From a bacterium (GTDB lineage Bacteria; Patescibacteriota; Dojkabacteria; B142; OLB20), in NCBI GenBank assembly GCA_029567095.1, contig JAKQLP010000051.1, forward strand, positions 1 through 49,470: 49,470 nucleotides of DNA, in the 5' to 3' direction. Every line of letters begins with the position of its first letter. Position 1 is the first letter of the stretch. A program made the position numbers and the translations under genes. Under the pieces are notes generated by a model, which ran no database searches, had not been told where the DNA came from, and saw nothing but the letters and a program-made list of their open reading frames with translations. This document shows, piece by piece, positions 35,469 to 43,778 of this stretch.

Positions 35469-35486
35469 ATAGGTATTAATACCTAT
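35469..35486. promoter_or_regulatory. Perfect 18-bp palindrome ATAGGTATTAATACCTAT in the only sizeable intra-operon gap
   Basis: Read directly from the sequence. It lies 11-28 nt upstream of ATG 35458 of the 557-aa gene. As RNA it could form a 7-bp stem with a UUAA loop. No U-run follows. Confidence 0.5.
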
Positions 35487-35515
35487 GAGTGCAAGATTTA
35501 ATATACAATCTAGGA

Positions 35516-35941
35516 TTATCTTTCTTGAAGATATTTCGAGGAGAACTTATCTACTTGATCCAATTCTTCTTTGATCAATCTTAGAAGCCCGATCGCATCC
35601 TCTTCCTTCATATCTTTTGTGATCTCGCCTAATAATTCAGAATCGATTCTTTCGATCTCTTGGGCAATCTTTTTATATAGCTCAGGATATTTACCAGGTA
35701 ATTGCATAATATTTTGAAGTAATTGCGTCTGTTTGGAAATGATCGGAGTCTTTTCTTTGAGCATTTTCTTTATTTCGGAGAATTCTTCAATGTTATTATT
35801 CTCTGCATAACTGATACATTCATCAAGTATCATTTTATTAATTGCATCTATATAGGCAAAACGCATAGCCTGCATTTGTTCGTCAGTATATTTGAATAAG
35901 TCTTGCAGGTATAGATTGATTTTATCGTTGTAAAATATCAT
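35516..35941 (-). CDS. Hypothetical small helical protein (141 aa)
   Basis: ATG start 7 nt after the stop of the giant gene. All-helical, acidic, no TM. Confidence 0.5.
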   Translation of the reverse strand: MIFYNDKINLYLQDLFKYTDEQMQAMRFAYIDAINKMILDECISYAENNNIEEFSEIKKMLKEKTPIISKQTQLLQNIMQLPGKYPELYKKIAQEIERIDSELLGEITKDMKEEDAIGLLRLIKEELDQVDKFSSKYLQER

Positions 35942-35948
35942 TTATATA

Positions 35949-38900
35949 TTAATAAGGTTTAGTTGATACTCTACCCCAAAGATCCAGGAATAGGTCGGTC
36001 CAGAAATTTGAATTGTAACTAGCGTCACCAAAGTTTTTTAACAATGATCTGTATTTGAATTTAATACCCTCGAATGTTGAGGCTGCTAGATCCAATTGTC
36101 CGTAAGATGGGGGTTGAGACTCATTTGTTAATCCCCAGAATATTCCAGCCATATCTCCAAGTGCGCCTTGTTCCTGTATAGCTGCTATTTCTCTAGCACC
36201 CCATCCTTTAGCATATCGGTTTAGGAAAGGATTGACACCAATAGCCATTGCTAAAGTCCCAAGAACCAAATATGGATTAGCAAGAAATACCAAACTAGGA
36301 ACAAGAGACCCTACTACTGCCCCTGCTAAGATGAAAAAGCGGGTTGTATTGTCGATCATCATTAATCCTTCATAGAACTCCCTATGTACTTTAGAATGTT
36401 CTCGATAGGCACTGATCTGATTCAATTTCAAGGAGAATCGGTAACTGAGATCTCTTCCTCTTTTAATTTTATCAAGTTCATCAAGAACATCATCATACAA
36501 TGTCCCATATTGAGTATCATATTTATTCCTAGCCGTAACCTCTCTTGTATGGATATTCCCTTGTTTATCCCTATAGTGTACGGTATAGGTTTTCTTTTCA
36601 CCATAATATCTAATAAGCTCCGTTTCACTAAGGTTTCTGATTGGGTTAATGTCTAAGGTATAGCCTGTAGTTTTATTTTCGATTTTTAATTTCGCTTGTC
36701 GAGAATAGCGTGCTTTTGTACTCCTAACTTTTTTAAATGATTTTGGCACTTCATATCCTCCCATAGTCGATGACATTTCTAGGAAATATATTTCCTCTTG
36801 TCCTTGCCATTCACGTTTAAAGTAATAGCCTTTGATGCCTTCAGCCATTTCAGGCATTTCTATCATCTCAAAGCCTAAACCCTCAAGTACTCCTGCACCT
36901 TGTTCCGCAATATTTCTCTTTATACTAGCTAGTGAGGTAGCGGTAACGGTTTCAGTCCCATCTTCGGCCTTATGTTTAATCTCTATAGTTTCATGAGGAT
37001 TAAATAGATCTCCTGGCTTTGTAGAATCATAGTCCGCTTCTCTACCCCAGACACCAACCGCCATTACTTTATGAGATCTGGCCATTGAGTAATCTTTAAA
37101 GAATTCTTTAACTGTATTCAAATCAACATATTCACCACCTATCAACATTTTTGGATTTTCATATCTTTCGATAGCATCTTGATTTTCTTTACCATCTTGA
37201 TAGAGGTCGTTCCAGGGCTGCATTTGAGCTCTGGCCATTTCCTCGTATAGATCTGTTAGAGTATAAGTACCACCATCTTCCTCTCTTCTTCGGGCATCTT
37301 CTTTCATCATTAATTCAGCAATTCTCTCGTAATCTTTGATCTTCCCAACATTTCCCCTTGCGGCATCTAGCCCCTTGGTTTGGCCCATTGCAGCCAAACC
37401 AAAAGGGTTTAAAATCTGTTGAGGAGCAGGAGTCTCAGGAATCCACATAATTTCTTTAATTTCATCCAATACATTCCTAGACATTTGGCCCATCCTAAGT
37501 TGTCCTTTTCTAACAATGCCGTCTCTGCTTCTAGCTGCTACGTCGGGGTCTGCCAATTGGTCCGCTAGAGGTCGATTCTGGTCCAAACTATCAGCAAAAT
37601 CTTTTGTTAAAACATAGCCATCCCTATATACTATTTGTGTCCAGTTGCCCCTATGATAAATTGTGTCCGATCTTAGTCGTTCGGCAATCTCCCTCAGATC
37701 GTCCCTACTTCTATCCTCTAATCCCACTGGTAATAATCTTCCATCAGCATCTCTATTCATTGCATATCCTGTCCCCTTTCTTTGAGTATGCCTTTCAGTA
37801 TGAATTAATTCATTTAAAATGAAATCCGCCAATTCACTATTCAATCTATATTGATCTGCTCTATCTGCGTAACTGTATATTGTTTCTACAGGATTACCCT
37901 GCATATCATAATCATAGCCCCCTATCTCGGGTAGTAATTTAATTAAAGACTGATTATCAACCTTATGTTCTGCTCTCATCCTGCCATAAATGACCTTTTG
38001 GACATAATAGACATACATATCCGGAGAACCAGTAAACAAGCCCCTAGGGGCCCATGCTCCTTTGTCCAAATCGATTTTCCCTCCGGTTTTTTCTTTTAAC
38101 CAATTAGGAAGATTTTGTAAAAAAGGTAGCCTGTGAACTGGAATACCAGTCAAGAACGATATTGCTTCTAATCCATCAGAAGAATCTGTCCTAAATCTAT
38201 TTAAGCCTAAACCAAATCCATCCATGAAGTTTTTCTTACTCAGTGCAGCTGATGGGATTTGGAATATACCAGGCCCCTTATCTTTAGTATGTAGCCAAGC
38301 TACAGGAGAGAAAATATCAAGTTTAGCTCCTAAAGCTCCTCCACCCATCCTGCCTTTTGTACCAGCGGCTCCAAAGTAAAAGGCATCTTTGTGTCTTGTG
38401 GCTGCCCATCTTAAACTGGAATCATTGTTTGAGGCCCTAAATAAACCACCTAGATCAGTAATTTTACCTAGCTCATCCTCGTTAAGCTCTCCTTTAATTA
38501 AAGCCAGGAAGGCGTCTTTATCATTAAAATGTTCGATCACTCTATGCATAGGATGATTCTTATCCTGCATAGCGGCATCATAGAGCTGCTCTAATTGTCT
38601 GCCATCGGGCTTGTTCCCTTTGAAATAACTAGAAAGGTACAAGGCAAGGGCTGTAATATCATTATCAAGTTTGCTCTTTGTAATCTCATCAGTTGCTATC
38701 TCTCTTTGGGTATGAAGTTGATTAAAGATCCTGACCATACCTAATAATCCCTGCTTTTCCCTATCGCTCATTTGATCAAATCTGTCTCTATCAATGCCTA
38801 GATCTCCAAGTTTAAGAGGATACATCATATCCATTGCTTCTGAGGTAATTTCATCTATTTCGTTACCTATCATATCCTCCTGGAGCTCGGCATAGTGTTG

Positions 38901-40970
38901 CTGTAGCCTGCTTGCCGTCCTATTTTGCTCAAAGAAAGCATAATATTGGTTACCATTAGGATCATCAAAGCCTTCATTTCTAATATATCTTTCCAATTGT
39001 TGGCGAATTACTTTATCCTGCTCTTTCTTATCCATCGAAGTGAATTCAGGATCATCCTTCAATTCAAGTTGAATGCCTTCTATTAATTTGTTAACCCATT
39101 TACCCTCCAGTGTTCCTATCTCTAAGCGTTTAGTTAAATAGCTTCGTCTTTCCGCACGTTCCCCCCAGTTGTGGTTGTGCATGATTTCATGTGCGATCAC
39201 TCTATCAATATATTGAGGAGGGAGAGGATGGCCTTGTGGATCTCTAGTCTTATTAATACTAGCAACATCAACACAAACAATTGTGGGCATATCCTTCCCA
39301 GTGGAAATAAATAGACCGGAAGGACTTGGGTGGGTCTCATTATCTATAACACCTTGAAGTTGAGTACCGTTTGCACCGTTCAATAAGTTCATTAATATTC
39401 TTGAAGACACTACTTTCCCTCCCTCCAGCACTAGATCCTCGACCATGAAAGTTGGAATCCTTTTACCATAAGCATCCTCGTGGAAGGTTAATTTTATTGC
39501 TCCCATTTCAATGGCCTGCTCAAGCATCCTCCTTGTCCCATTTTCGTTGAATTGATTTTCCATGCTTCCAGTTCTGGAAAGGAAGGTGTGTTGACCTACT
39601 TGATAATCTAGTATTTGCAGTAAATACTGTCTTGAGATTTCTCTTTCAATAAATTCACCTTTAGCTGTAGGATCGAGATCCTGTTGCCTGTCTGCTTTGT
39701 TCTTTGCAGTTAAGTACCACCCCATTAATACTTCAGATCGAGCTTCTTTATCTTTCCGAAGATCTCTTAAAGTACCTTTTAATACTTCTAATTCTTTTCT
39801 TTGAGATTCATTCAGAGGTTCACCATCTGTAACAGTAATATTTTCAAAAACCTGATCTATTTGTTCCTCCGAAAAACTAATATTCTTACGGAGCATTTTG
39901 TCAGCAACCAGATTATATGCGTATCTCATTCTTTCTCTAGGCGTTGTTGTGCTTTCTTGTTTAGAAAGTTCCTCCAGTACTTCATTTGTGACTTTTTGTG
40001 TTTCTGCCACTGGACTTTTAGCTACACCTTTTTCGAGCATTTCCAGGGCGCTACGATTACCTTTAGTATCAGAAACTTCTGTTATCTTTTCAGTTAGACT
40101 AACTGGGACTGGTGGTTTTTCCGGTTCAACAGGTTTATTTCTATCTCTGATACCTGTAAGTTGTACCTCAGGGACTTCAGTTTTTGTTGGGGTTTCTACA
40201 ATATCTTTTTCTGGAAGAGGTGCATAACGTTTCTCTAATTTCTGAATCTGCTCTCCATGCTTTTCCACTAAACCTTTACAATTTCTTCTTAAGTAAGCTA
40301 AAACTAGTTTCCCATCTCCATTGAACTGTTTTGTTTTAATGAGAAAATCAAAAGCCCAATTAGCATCATTCTTTTGGAAGAAAAGTTTAGCTCTAAATAC
40401 CAATGTATTCCAGAACCCTAGATTTGGTATATTCTTATCGAAATCCGATGGTGGCTTAATGCCTTCCATTATCTTGTCAGTAGTTTCTTTAGGAATATCT
40501 CTAGAATTTGCAGCAATATTACTTAAATAGGCTCTGGCTTCTCGTCTGAACTGTTCAAGATCTTCTGTTTTTGAGCTCTCACTAGCTCGGGTAGCCAAGG
40601 TCTTTAAACCTTCAAGCTCTCTAAAAGCTTTACTATTTGACGACTTTAAATCGCTTACAGCTTCAATTGCTTTGGTAAACTTTATTTTCCCTTCACGATC
40701 ATCTTCAGGTCTGACCTGCAATTCTCTTTGGATCTCTTTAATCTTCTCTAATTCAAGTTTTAATTCGTCATCTCTTTCATTCTTTTCTAATTCAGCTTCA
40801 ATGGCTCTGGCCATGAGATCTATCTCGGCTTCGATTTGGTCTGCGATCTGTTGGGGTGTTAATTGAGTTTCCTGATTACCCAGATAGAATTCAAGCACAT
40901 GCTTATCCCTATCCTTAGTGGGCCTTTGAGCGGACGTGATTGTGTCTATCATCCCAGGTGCAGTGCTCAT
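35949..40970 (-). CDS. Hypothetical giant protein (1673 aa) with an HExxH zincin-like motif and a C-terminal TM hairpin
   Basis: Uninterrupted frame with an ATG start and no signal peptide. N-terminal coiled-coil and Pro/Glu-rich linker regions. VIAHEIMHNHNWGE at residues 591-604 (nt 39159-39200). Two adjacent hydrophobic helices at residues ~1545-1583 (FFILAGAVVGSLVPSLVFLANPYLVLGTLAMAIGV). No Walker A motif. Confidence 0.65.
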   Translation of the reverse strand: MSTAPGMIDTITSAQRPTKDRDKHVLEFYLGNQETQLTPQQIADQIEAEIDLMARAIEAELEKNERDDELKLELEKIKEIQRELQVRPEDDREGKIKFTKAIEAVSDLKSSNSKAFRELEGLKTLATRASESSKTEDLEQFRREARAYLSNIAANSRDIPKETTDKIMEGIKPPSDFDKNIPNLGFWNTLVFRAKLFFQKNDANWAFDFLIKTKQFNGDGKLVLAYLRRNCKGLVEKHGEQIQKLEKRYAPLPEKDIVETPTKTEVPEVQLTGIRDRNKPVEPEKPPVPVSLTEKITEVSDTKGNRSALEMLEKGVAKSPVAETQKVTNEVLEELSKQESTTTPRERMRYAYNLVADKMLRKNISFSEEQIDQVFENITVTDGEPLNESQRKELEVLKGTLRDLRKDKEARSEVLMGWYLTAKNKADRQQDLDPTAKGEFIEREISRQYLLQILDYQVGQHTFLSRTGSMENQFNENGTRRMLEQAIEMGAIKLTFHEDAYGKRIPTFMVEDLVLEGGKVVSSRILMNLLNGANGTQLQGVIDNETHPSPSGLFISTGKDMPTIVCVDVASINKTRDPQGHPLPPQYIDRVIAHEIMHNHNWGERAERRSYLTKRLEIGTLEGKWVNKLIEGIQLELKDDPEFTSMDKKEQDKVIRQQLERYIRNEGFDDPNGNQYYAFFEQNRTASRLQQHYAELQEDMIGNEIDEITSEAMDMMYPLKLGDLGIDRDRFDQMSDREKQGLLGMVRIFNQLHTQREIATDEITKSKLDNDITALALYLSSYFKGNKPDGRQLEQLYDAAMQDKNHPMHRVIEHFNDKDAFLALIKGELNEDELGKITDLGGLFRASNNDSSLRWAATRHKDAFYFGAAGTKGRMGGGALGAKLDIFSPVAWLHTKDKGPGIFQIPSAALSKKNFMDGFGLGLNRFRTDSSDGLEAISFLTGIPVHRLPFLQNLPNWLKEKTGGKIDLDKGAWAPRGLFTGSPDMYVYYVQKVIYGRMRAEHKVDNQSLIKLLPEIGGYDYDMQGNPVETIYSYADRADQYRLNSELADFILNELIHTERHTQRKGTGYAMNRDADGRLLPVGLEDRSRDDLREIAERLRSDTIYHRGNWTQIVYRDGYVLTKDFADSLDQNRPLADQLADPDVAARSRDGIVRKGQLRMGQMSRNVLDEIKEIMWIPETPAPQQILNPFGLAAMGQTKGLDAARGNVGKIKDYERIAELMMKEDARRREEDGGTYTLTDLYEEMARAQMQPWNDLYQDGKENQDAIERYENPKMLIGGEYVDLNTVKEFFKDYSMARSHKVMAVGVWGREADYDSTKPGDLFNPHETIEIKHKAEDGTETVTATSLASIKRNIAEQGAGVLEGLGFEMIEMPEMAEGIKGYYFKREWQGQEEIYFLEMSSTMGGYEVPKSFKKVRSTKARYSRQAKLKIENKTTGYTLDINPIRNLSETELIRYYGEKKTYTVHYRDKQGNIHTREVTARNKYDTQYGTLYDDVLDELDKIKRGRDLSYRFSLKLNQISAYREHSKVHREFYEGLMMIDNTTRFFILAGAVVGSLVPSLVFLANPYLVLGTLAMAIGVNPFLNRYAKGWGAREIAAIQEQGALGDMAGIFWGLTNESQPPSYGQLDLAASTFEGIKFKYRSLLKNFGDASYNSNFWTDLFLDLWGRVSTKPY

Positions 40971-40994
40971 TTTTAATATATTTTTAGTCCATGT

Positions 40995-41003
40995 ATTATA
41001 CCA
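40995..41003 (-). promoter_or_regulatory. Extended -10 element (TGGTATAAT) upstream of the giant gene/operon
   Basis: Minus-strand TGnTATAAT match 25 nt upstream of ATG 40970, inside the 132-bp divergent intergenic region. The geometry matches the candidate element upstream of the PBP gene. Confidence 0.35.
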
Positions 41004-41102
41004 TTTTCAAGCATTGGTAAGAAGATATCAAGCCATAGCTTTTTTTCTTGTTTAATTTATCGTTTTTTGTGAAAATGTATTAATAATTATTACAAAACTG
41101 CC

Positions 41103-42374
41103 ATGACAGATACCTCGAATCAGAACCCTGTTCAATCTCCATCTGATAACCCTTTCTTTAGACCTGTAAGTAATGATCCGGCTTCGGTTGCAGCTGTGCC
41201 TGCTCCTGATCCTGGAATTACTCCACAGTCACCACCGGCTCCTACTGCTACAATAGTAGATCCGATGACTACAACACAGCCTTCTGTTATGACTACAGAT
41301 ACGCCTTTGACAAGCTCAGTGACTGACAATACGACTATGCCTGTTTCTACTGAAGTAATGCCAGCTACTACGAATACTGAACCTGTTTTACCAGAGTTAA
41401 ATAACAATATGAATCCTGTTCAAACAGAAATGCCTGCAGTAGATACAATGCCAAGTACCTCAGTAATGGATAATAATGTAAGTGGAGCTGCTCCACTAGA
41501 ATCAGCGATGTTAGAGCCAATGAGCTCAACGTCAGCTGCATCTGCAGAGCCAGCAATTACAGAGCCAATGGGCTCAACTTCAGTTGCATCTACAGTGCCA
41601 GCAATGACAGATTCAATGAGTTCGGTCACAACAATGCCTACTGATTCATCAGTATCTGAGGTTGTAAATACGGATAGTTTACCTGGATCAGCTCCTGTCA
41701 TGCCTCCTCAGGTTACTCCTGATTTAGGAGCAACAGCTTCTGCGAGTCCAGAATTACCTCCAACTTTAACTCCAATTGAACCAGCTCTGGATTCAGTGGA
41801 CAAAGCTGTTGAGACATCAAAAGAAACTTTACCCGATCTAAATAATTTAAGTAGTCAAATGCCAGATTTAGCAACTGAAGCTAAACCTTTAGAAACGGTT
41901 GCAGCAAATGACCCAAGTTCAGTAAGCCCAATGATCGATACTTCTGCAATGAACATGCCAGCAACTGACTCATTACCAAGCATGGATGCTCTAGCAACAG
42001 GCACTGGTCAGTCGGTACAAAGCCCGGCTTTGGAGCCTCAACCTGAAGTAGTTACTAGCTCGAACAATGCTCAACCTGAACTAGCTCCAATGGAGTCTGT
42101 ATCAGCAGCTCCTACATTGCCTCCTCTTGAACCAGTGGCTCAGCCTGACCCTGTAAATATGGCTATGGAGACTCCAGTTGTAGCTCCAATTGCTCAGGAA
42201 GTCCCTCCAGTGGCAACAGCTGAAGCTCAGGAAGTAAAGCCCGAAGCTGCTCCTGCAACAGAGACAGCACCAGCACCGGTAGGTAAAATGAAAAACTTAG
42301 TATTACTTTTAGGTGTATTAGTTGTTGGAATTATGGCCTTGGTATTAGGTATAATAGTGGCATCAACACAATAG
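41103..42374 (+). CDS. Acidic Pro/Thr/Ser/Ala/Met-rich low-complexity protein with a single C-terminal TM (tail-anchored)
   Basis: 423 aa with almost no Lys/Arg or aromatic residues until GKMKN, followed by LVLLLGVLVVGIMALVLGIIVA at the extreme C-terminus. No signal peptide. Composition is visibly more GC-rich than its neighbours. Contains internal tandem repeats. Confidence 0.6.
   Translation: MTDTSNQNPVQSPSDNPFFRPVSNDPASVAAVPAPDPGITPQSPPAPTATIVDPMTTTQPSVMTTDTPLTSSVTDNTTMPVSTEVMPATTNTEPVLPELNNNMNPVQTEMPAVDTMPSTSVMDNNVSGAAPLESAMLEPMSSTSAASAEPAITEPMGSTSVASTVPAMTDSMSSVTTMPTDSSVSEVVNTDSLPGSAPVMPPQVTPDLGATASASPELPPTLTPIEPALDSVDKAVETSKETLPDLNNLSSQMPDLATEAKPLETVAANDPSSVSPMIDTSAMNMPATDSLPSMDALATGTGQSVQSPALEPQPEVVTSSNNAQPELAPMESVSAAPTLPPLEPVAQPDPVNMAMETPVVAPIAQEVPPVATAEAQEVKPEAAPATETAPAPVGKMKNLVLLLGVLVVGIMALVLGIIVASTQ
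41514..41657 (+). repeat. 3 x 48-bp tandem repeat (two close copies plus one degenerate) inside the low-complexity gene
   Basis: Units start at 41514, 41562 and 41610. The first two are GAGCCAATGAGCTCAACGTCAGCTGCATCTGCAGAGCCAGCAATTACA and GAGCCAATGGGCTCAACTTCAGTTGCATCTACAGTGCCAGCAATGACA. They encode EPMSSTSAASAEPAIT / EPMGSTSVASTVPAMT / DSMSSVTTMPTDSSVS. Confidence 0.85.
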
Positions 42375-42377
42375 TAA

Positions 42378-42914
42378 ATGCTTAAAATCTATACTAAAAC
42401 AGGTGATAAGGGTAAGACCTCGCTTTATGATGGACGCAGAGTTTCCAAAGCAAGTCTCGTGATAGAGGTCTTAGGTAAAATTGATCAGTTAAATGCCTAT
42501 TTGGGAATACTGGCTATAGAATTAGATAAAGAGAAGGAAGATATCTACAAAAGACAGGATGAATTAATGAGATTAGCCTCCATGGTTGCTACCTATACAG
42601 GCAAACTGACTCCTAAAACGAATTTCAAAATAAACGAAAAAGATATTGAAGAAATTGAATTGCAAATGGATAAGTGGCAGTCAGAGCTTCCAGAGTTAAA
42701 GCATTTTATTCTACCAGGAGGAAATATTTCCGGTGCCAAAGCACATTTTGCAAGAACTTTATGCAGGAATGCTGAGCGAGAATTAGTTGCTTTACATGAA
42801 CAGGAACCTTTACCTGAAATAGTATTAAAATATATAAACAGACTAGCAGATTGGCTCTTTATGCTTGCCAGATATTTAAATAAAGGAAAGGATATTATCT
42901 GGAAGACAAATTAG
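42378..42914 (+). CDS. PduO-type ATP:cob(I)alamin adenosyltransferase family protein
   Basis: IYTKTGDKGKTSLYDGRRVSKAS N-terminus and a helical-bundle remainder with the R..CRRAER-like segment (ARTLCRNAEREL). Starts 4 nt after the low-complexity gene. Confidence 0.75.
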   Translation: MLKIYTKTGDKGKTSLYDGRRVSKASLVIEVLGKIDQLNAYLGILAIELDKEKEDIYKRQDELMRLASMVATYTGKLTPKTNFKINEKDIEEIELQMDKWQSELPELKHFILPGGNISGAKAHFARTLCRNAERELVALHEQEPLPEIVLKYINRLADWLFMLARYLNKGKDIIWKTN

Positions 42915-43774
42915 ATAAATTCCTTCACTTGCTCCGCAATATCATAGACTTTCACTTCGTCTTTTAATGTGGTCTCCATACCTTTTCTTTTTTCTAATCT
43001 GGAGTAGTACGAAGTAGATTCAGGATCTTGATACAAAAGTCCGGTTGCAATCTTTTCATTAGAATAATCAACAAGGTCATATACATATCTTCTATCATTT
43101 TTATGATTCTCATCTGTTTTCACATCATATACCCTGCTGTTGAGATAAAGATGATCCTGAAATTTATTATAGGTTGGACAATGTTGTAGTACTTCCAAGA
43201 AGGCAAACCCTTCATGTTCTAAGCCTTTAACGATCAATTCCTTTAATTGAGGGATATTCCCAGTAAAGCCTCGAGCATAAAAGCTAGCCCCGCTTGCTAA
43301 AACTAATTGCCCAGGATTTAATCTGCTCTCTACAACACCATAAGGGGAACTGTTCATTTTTTGCCCCTGGGGTGTAGTCGGAGTTGCTTGACCAGTAGTA
43401 AGACCAAAGTCACAATTATTATGCAATATGAATAGGAATTTATAGTTACTTCTAATAGCATGGATCAAATGAGCCATTCCTTCATCAAATGTCCCTCCAT
43501 CTCCACCAATTCCAATCACTGGTAATTTATGATTACCCAAACTAATCCCGGATGCCAATGGAATAGTCCTTCCATGAAGCCCCTTAAATGCATAGGCATT
43601 TATTTTATCAGCACCATTTCCATTGCAGCCGATATCAAAACAAAGATTCACATCCATAGGACTAAGTCCTTTCTCTACTAATGCTTGTTTTAAGCAAGTC
43701 CAGATAGCAAAATTACCACATCCGGGACACCAGGTAGGTAATAACGGAGAATTAAAGTCAGCAAGTGTAGCCAT
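42911..43774 (-). CDS. 2-oxoacid:ferredoxin oxidoreductase, beta (TPP-binding) subunit
   Basis: WCPGCGNFAI N-terminal motif and the GDGG TPP-binding motif (GIGGDGGTFDEG). Confidence 0.8.
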   Translation of the reverse strand: MATLADFNSPLLPTWCPGCGNFAIWTCLKQALVEKGLSPMDVNLCFDIGCNGNGADKINAYAFKGLHGRTIPLASGISLGNHKLPVIGIGGDGGTFDEGMAHLIHAIRSNYKFLFILHNNCDFGLTTGQATPTTPQGQKMNSSPYGVVESRLNPGQLVLASGASFYARGFTGNIPQLKELIVKGLEHEGFAFLEVLQHCPTYNKFQDHLYLNSRVYDVKTDENHKNDRRYVYDLVDYSNEKIATGLLYQDPESTSYYSRLEKRKGMETTLKDEVKVYDIAEQVKEFI

Positions 43775-43778
43775 TTTA

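Noticed and set aside
28999-40970. The orphan operon as a type IV or type VII secretion system or a type IV pilus locus
   Set aside because: No VirB4/VirD4/FtsK-like or PilB/PilT ATPase is present (no Walker A motif in any of the six proteins). There is no prepilin-type N-terminus, secretin or relaxase. Only the topology of the 557-aa protein vaguely recalls VirB6.
41132-41701. Three minus-strand ORFs (41132-41407, 41368-41556, 41420-41701) antisense to the low-complexity gene
   Set aside because: They are shadow frames of a compositionally biased, repeat-containing gene. They overlap one another in different frames.
42378-42914. The PduO-type adenosyltransferase as evidence of a cobalamin pathway
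   Set aside because: It is a single gene with no B12-dependent enzyme or cob/cbi genes in the window. Family members occur in organisms without cobalamin metabolism, so no pathway inference is justified.
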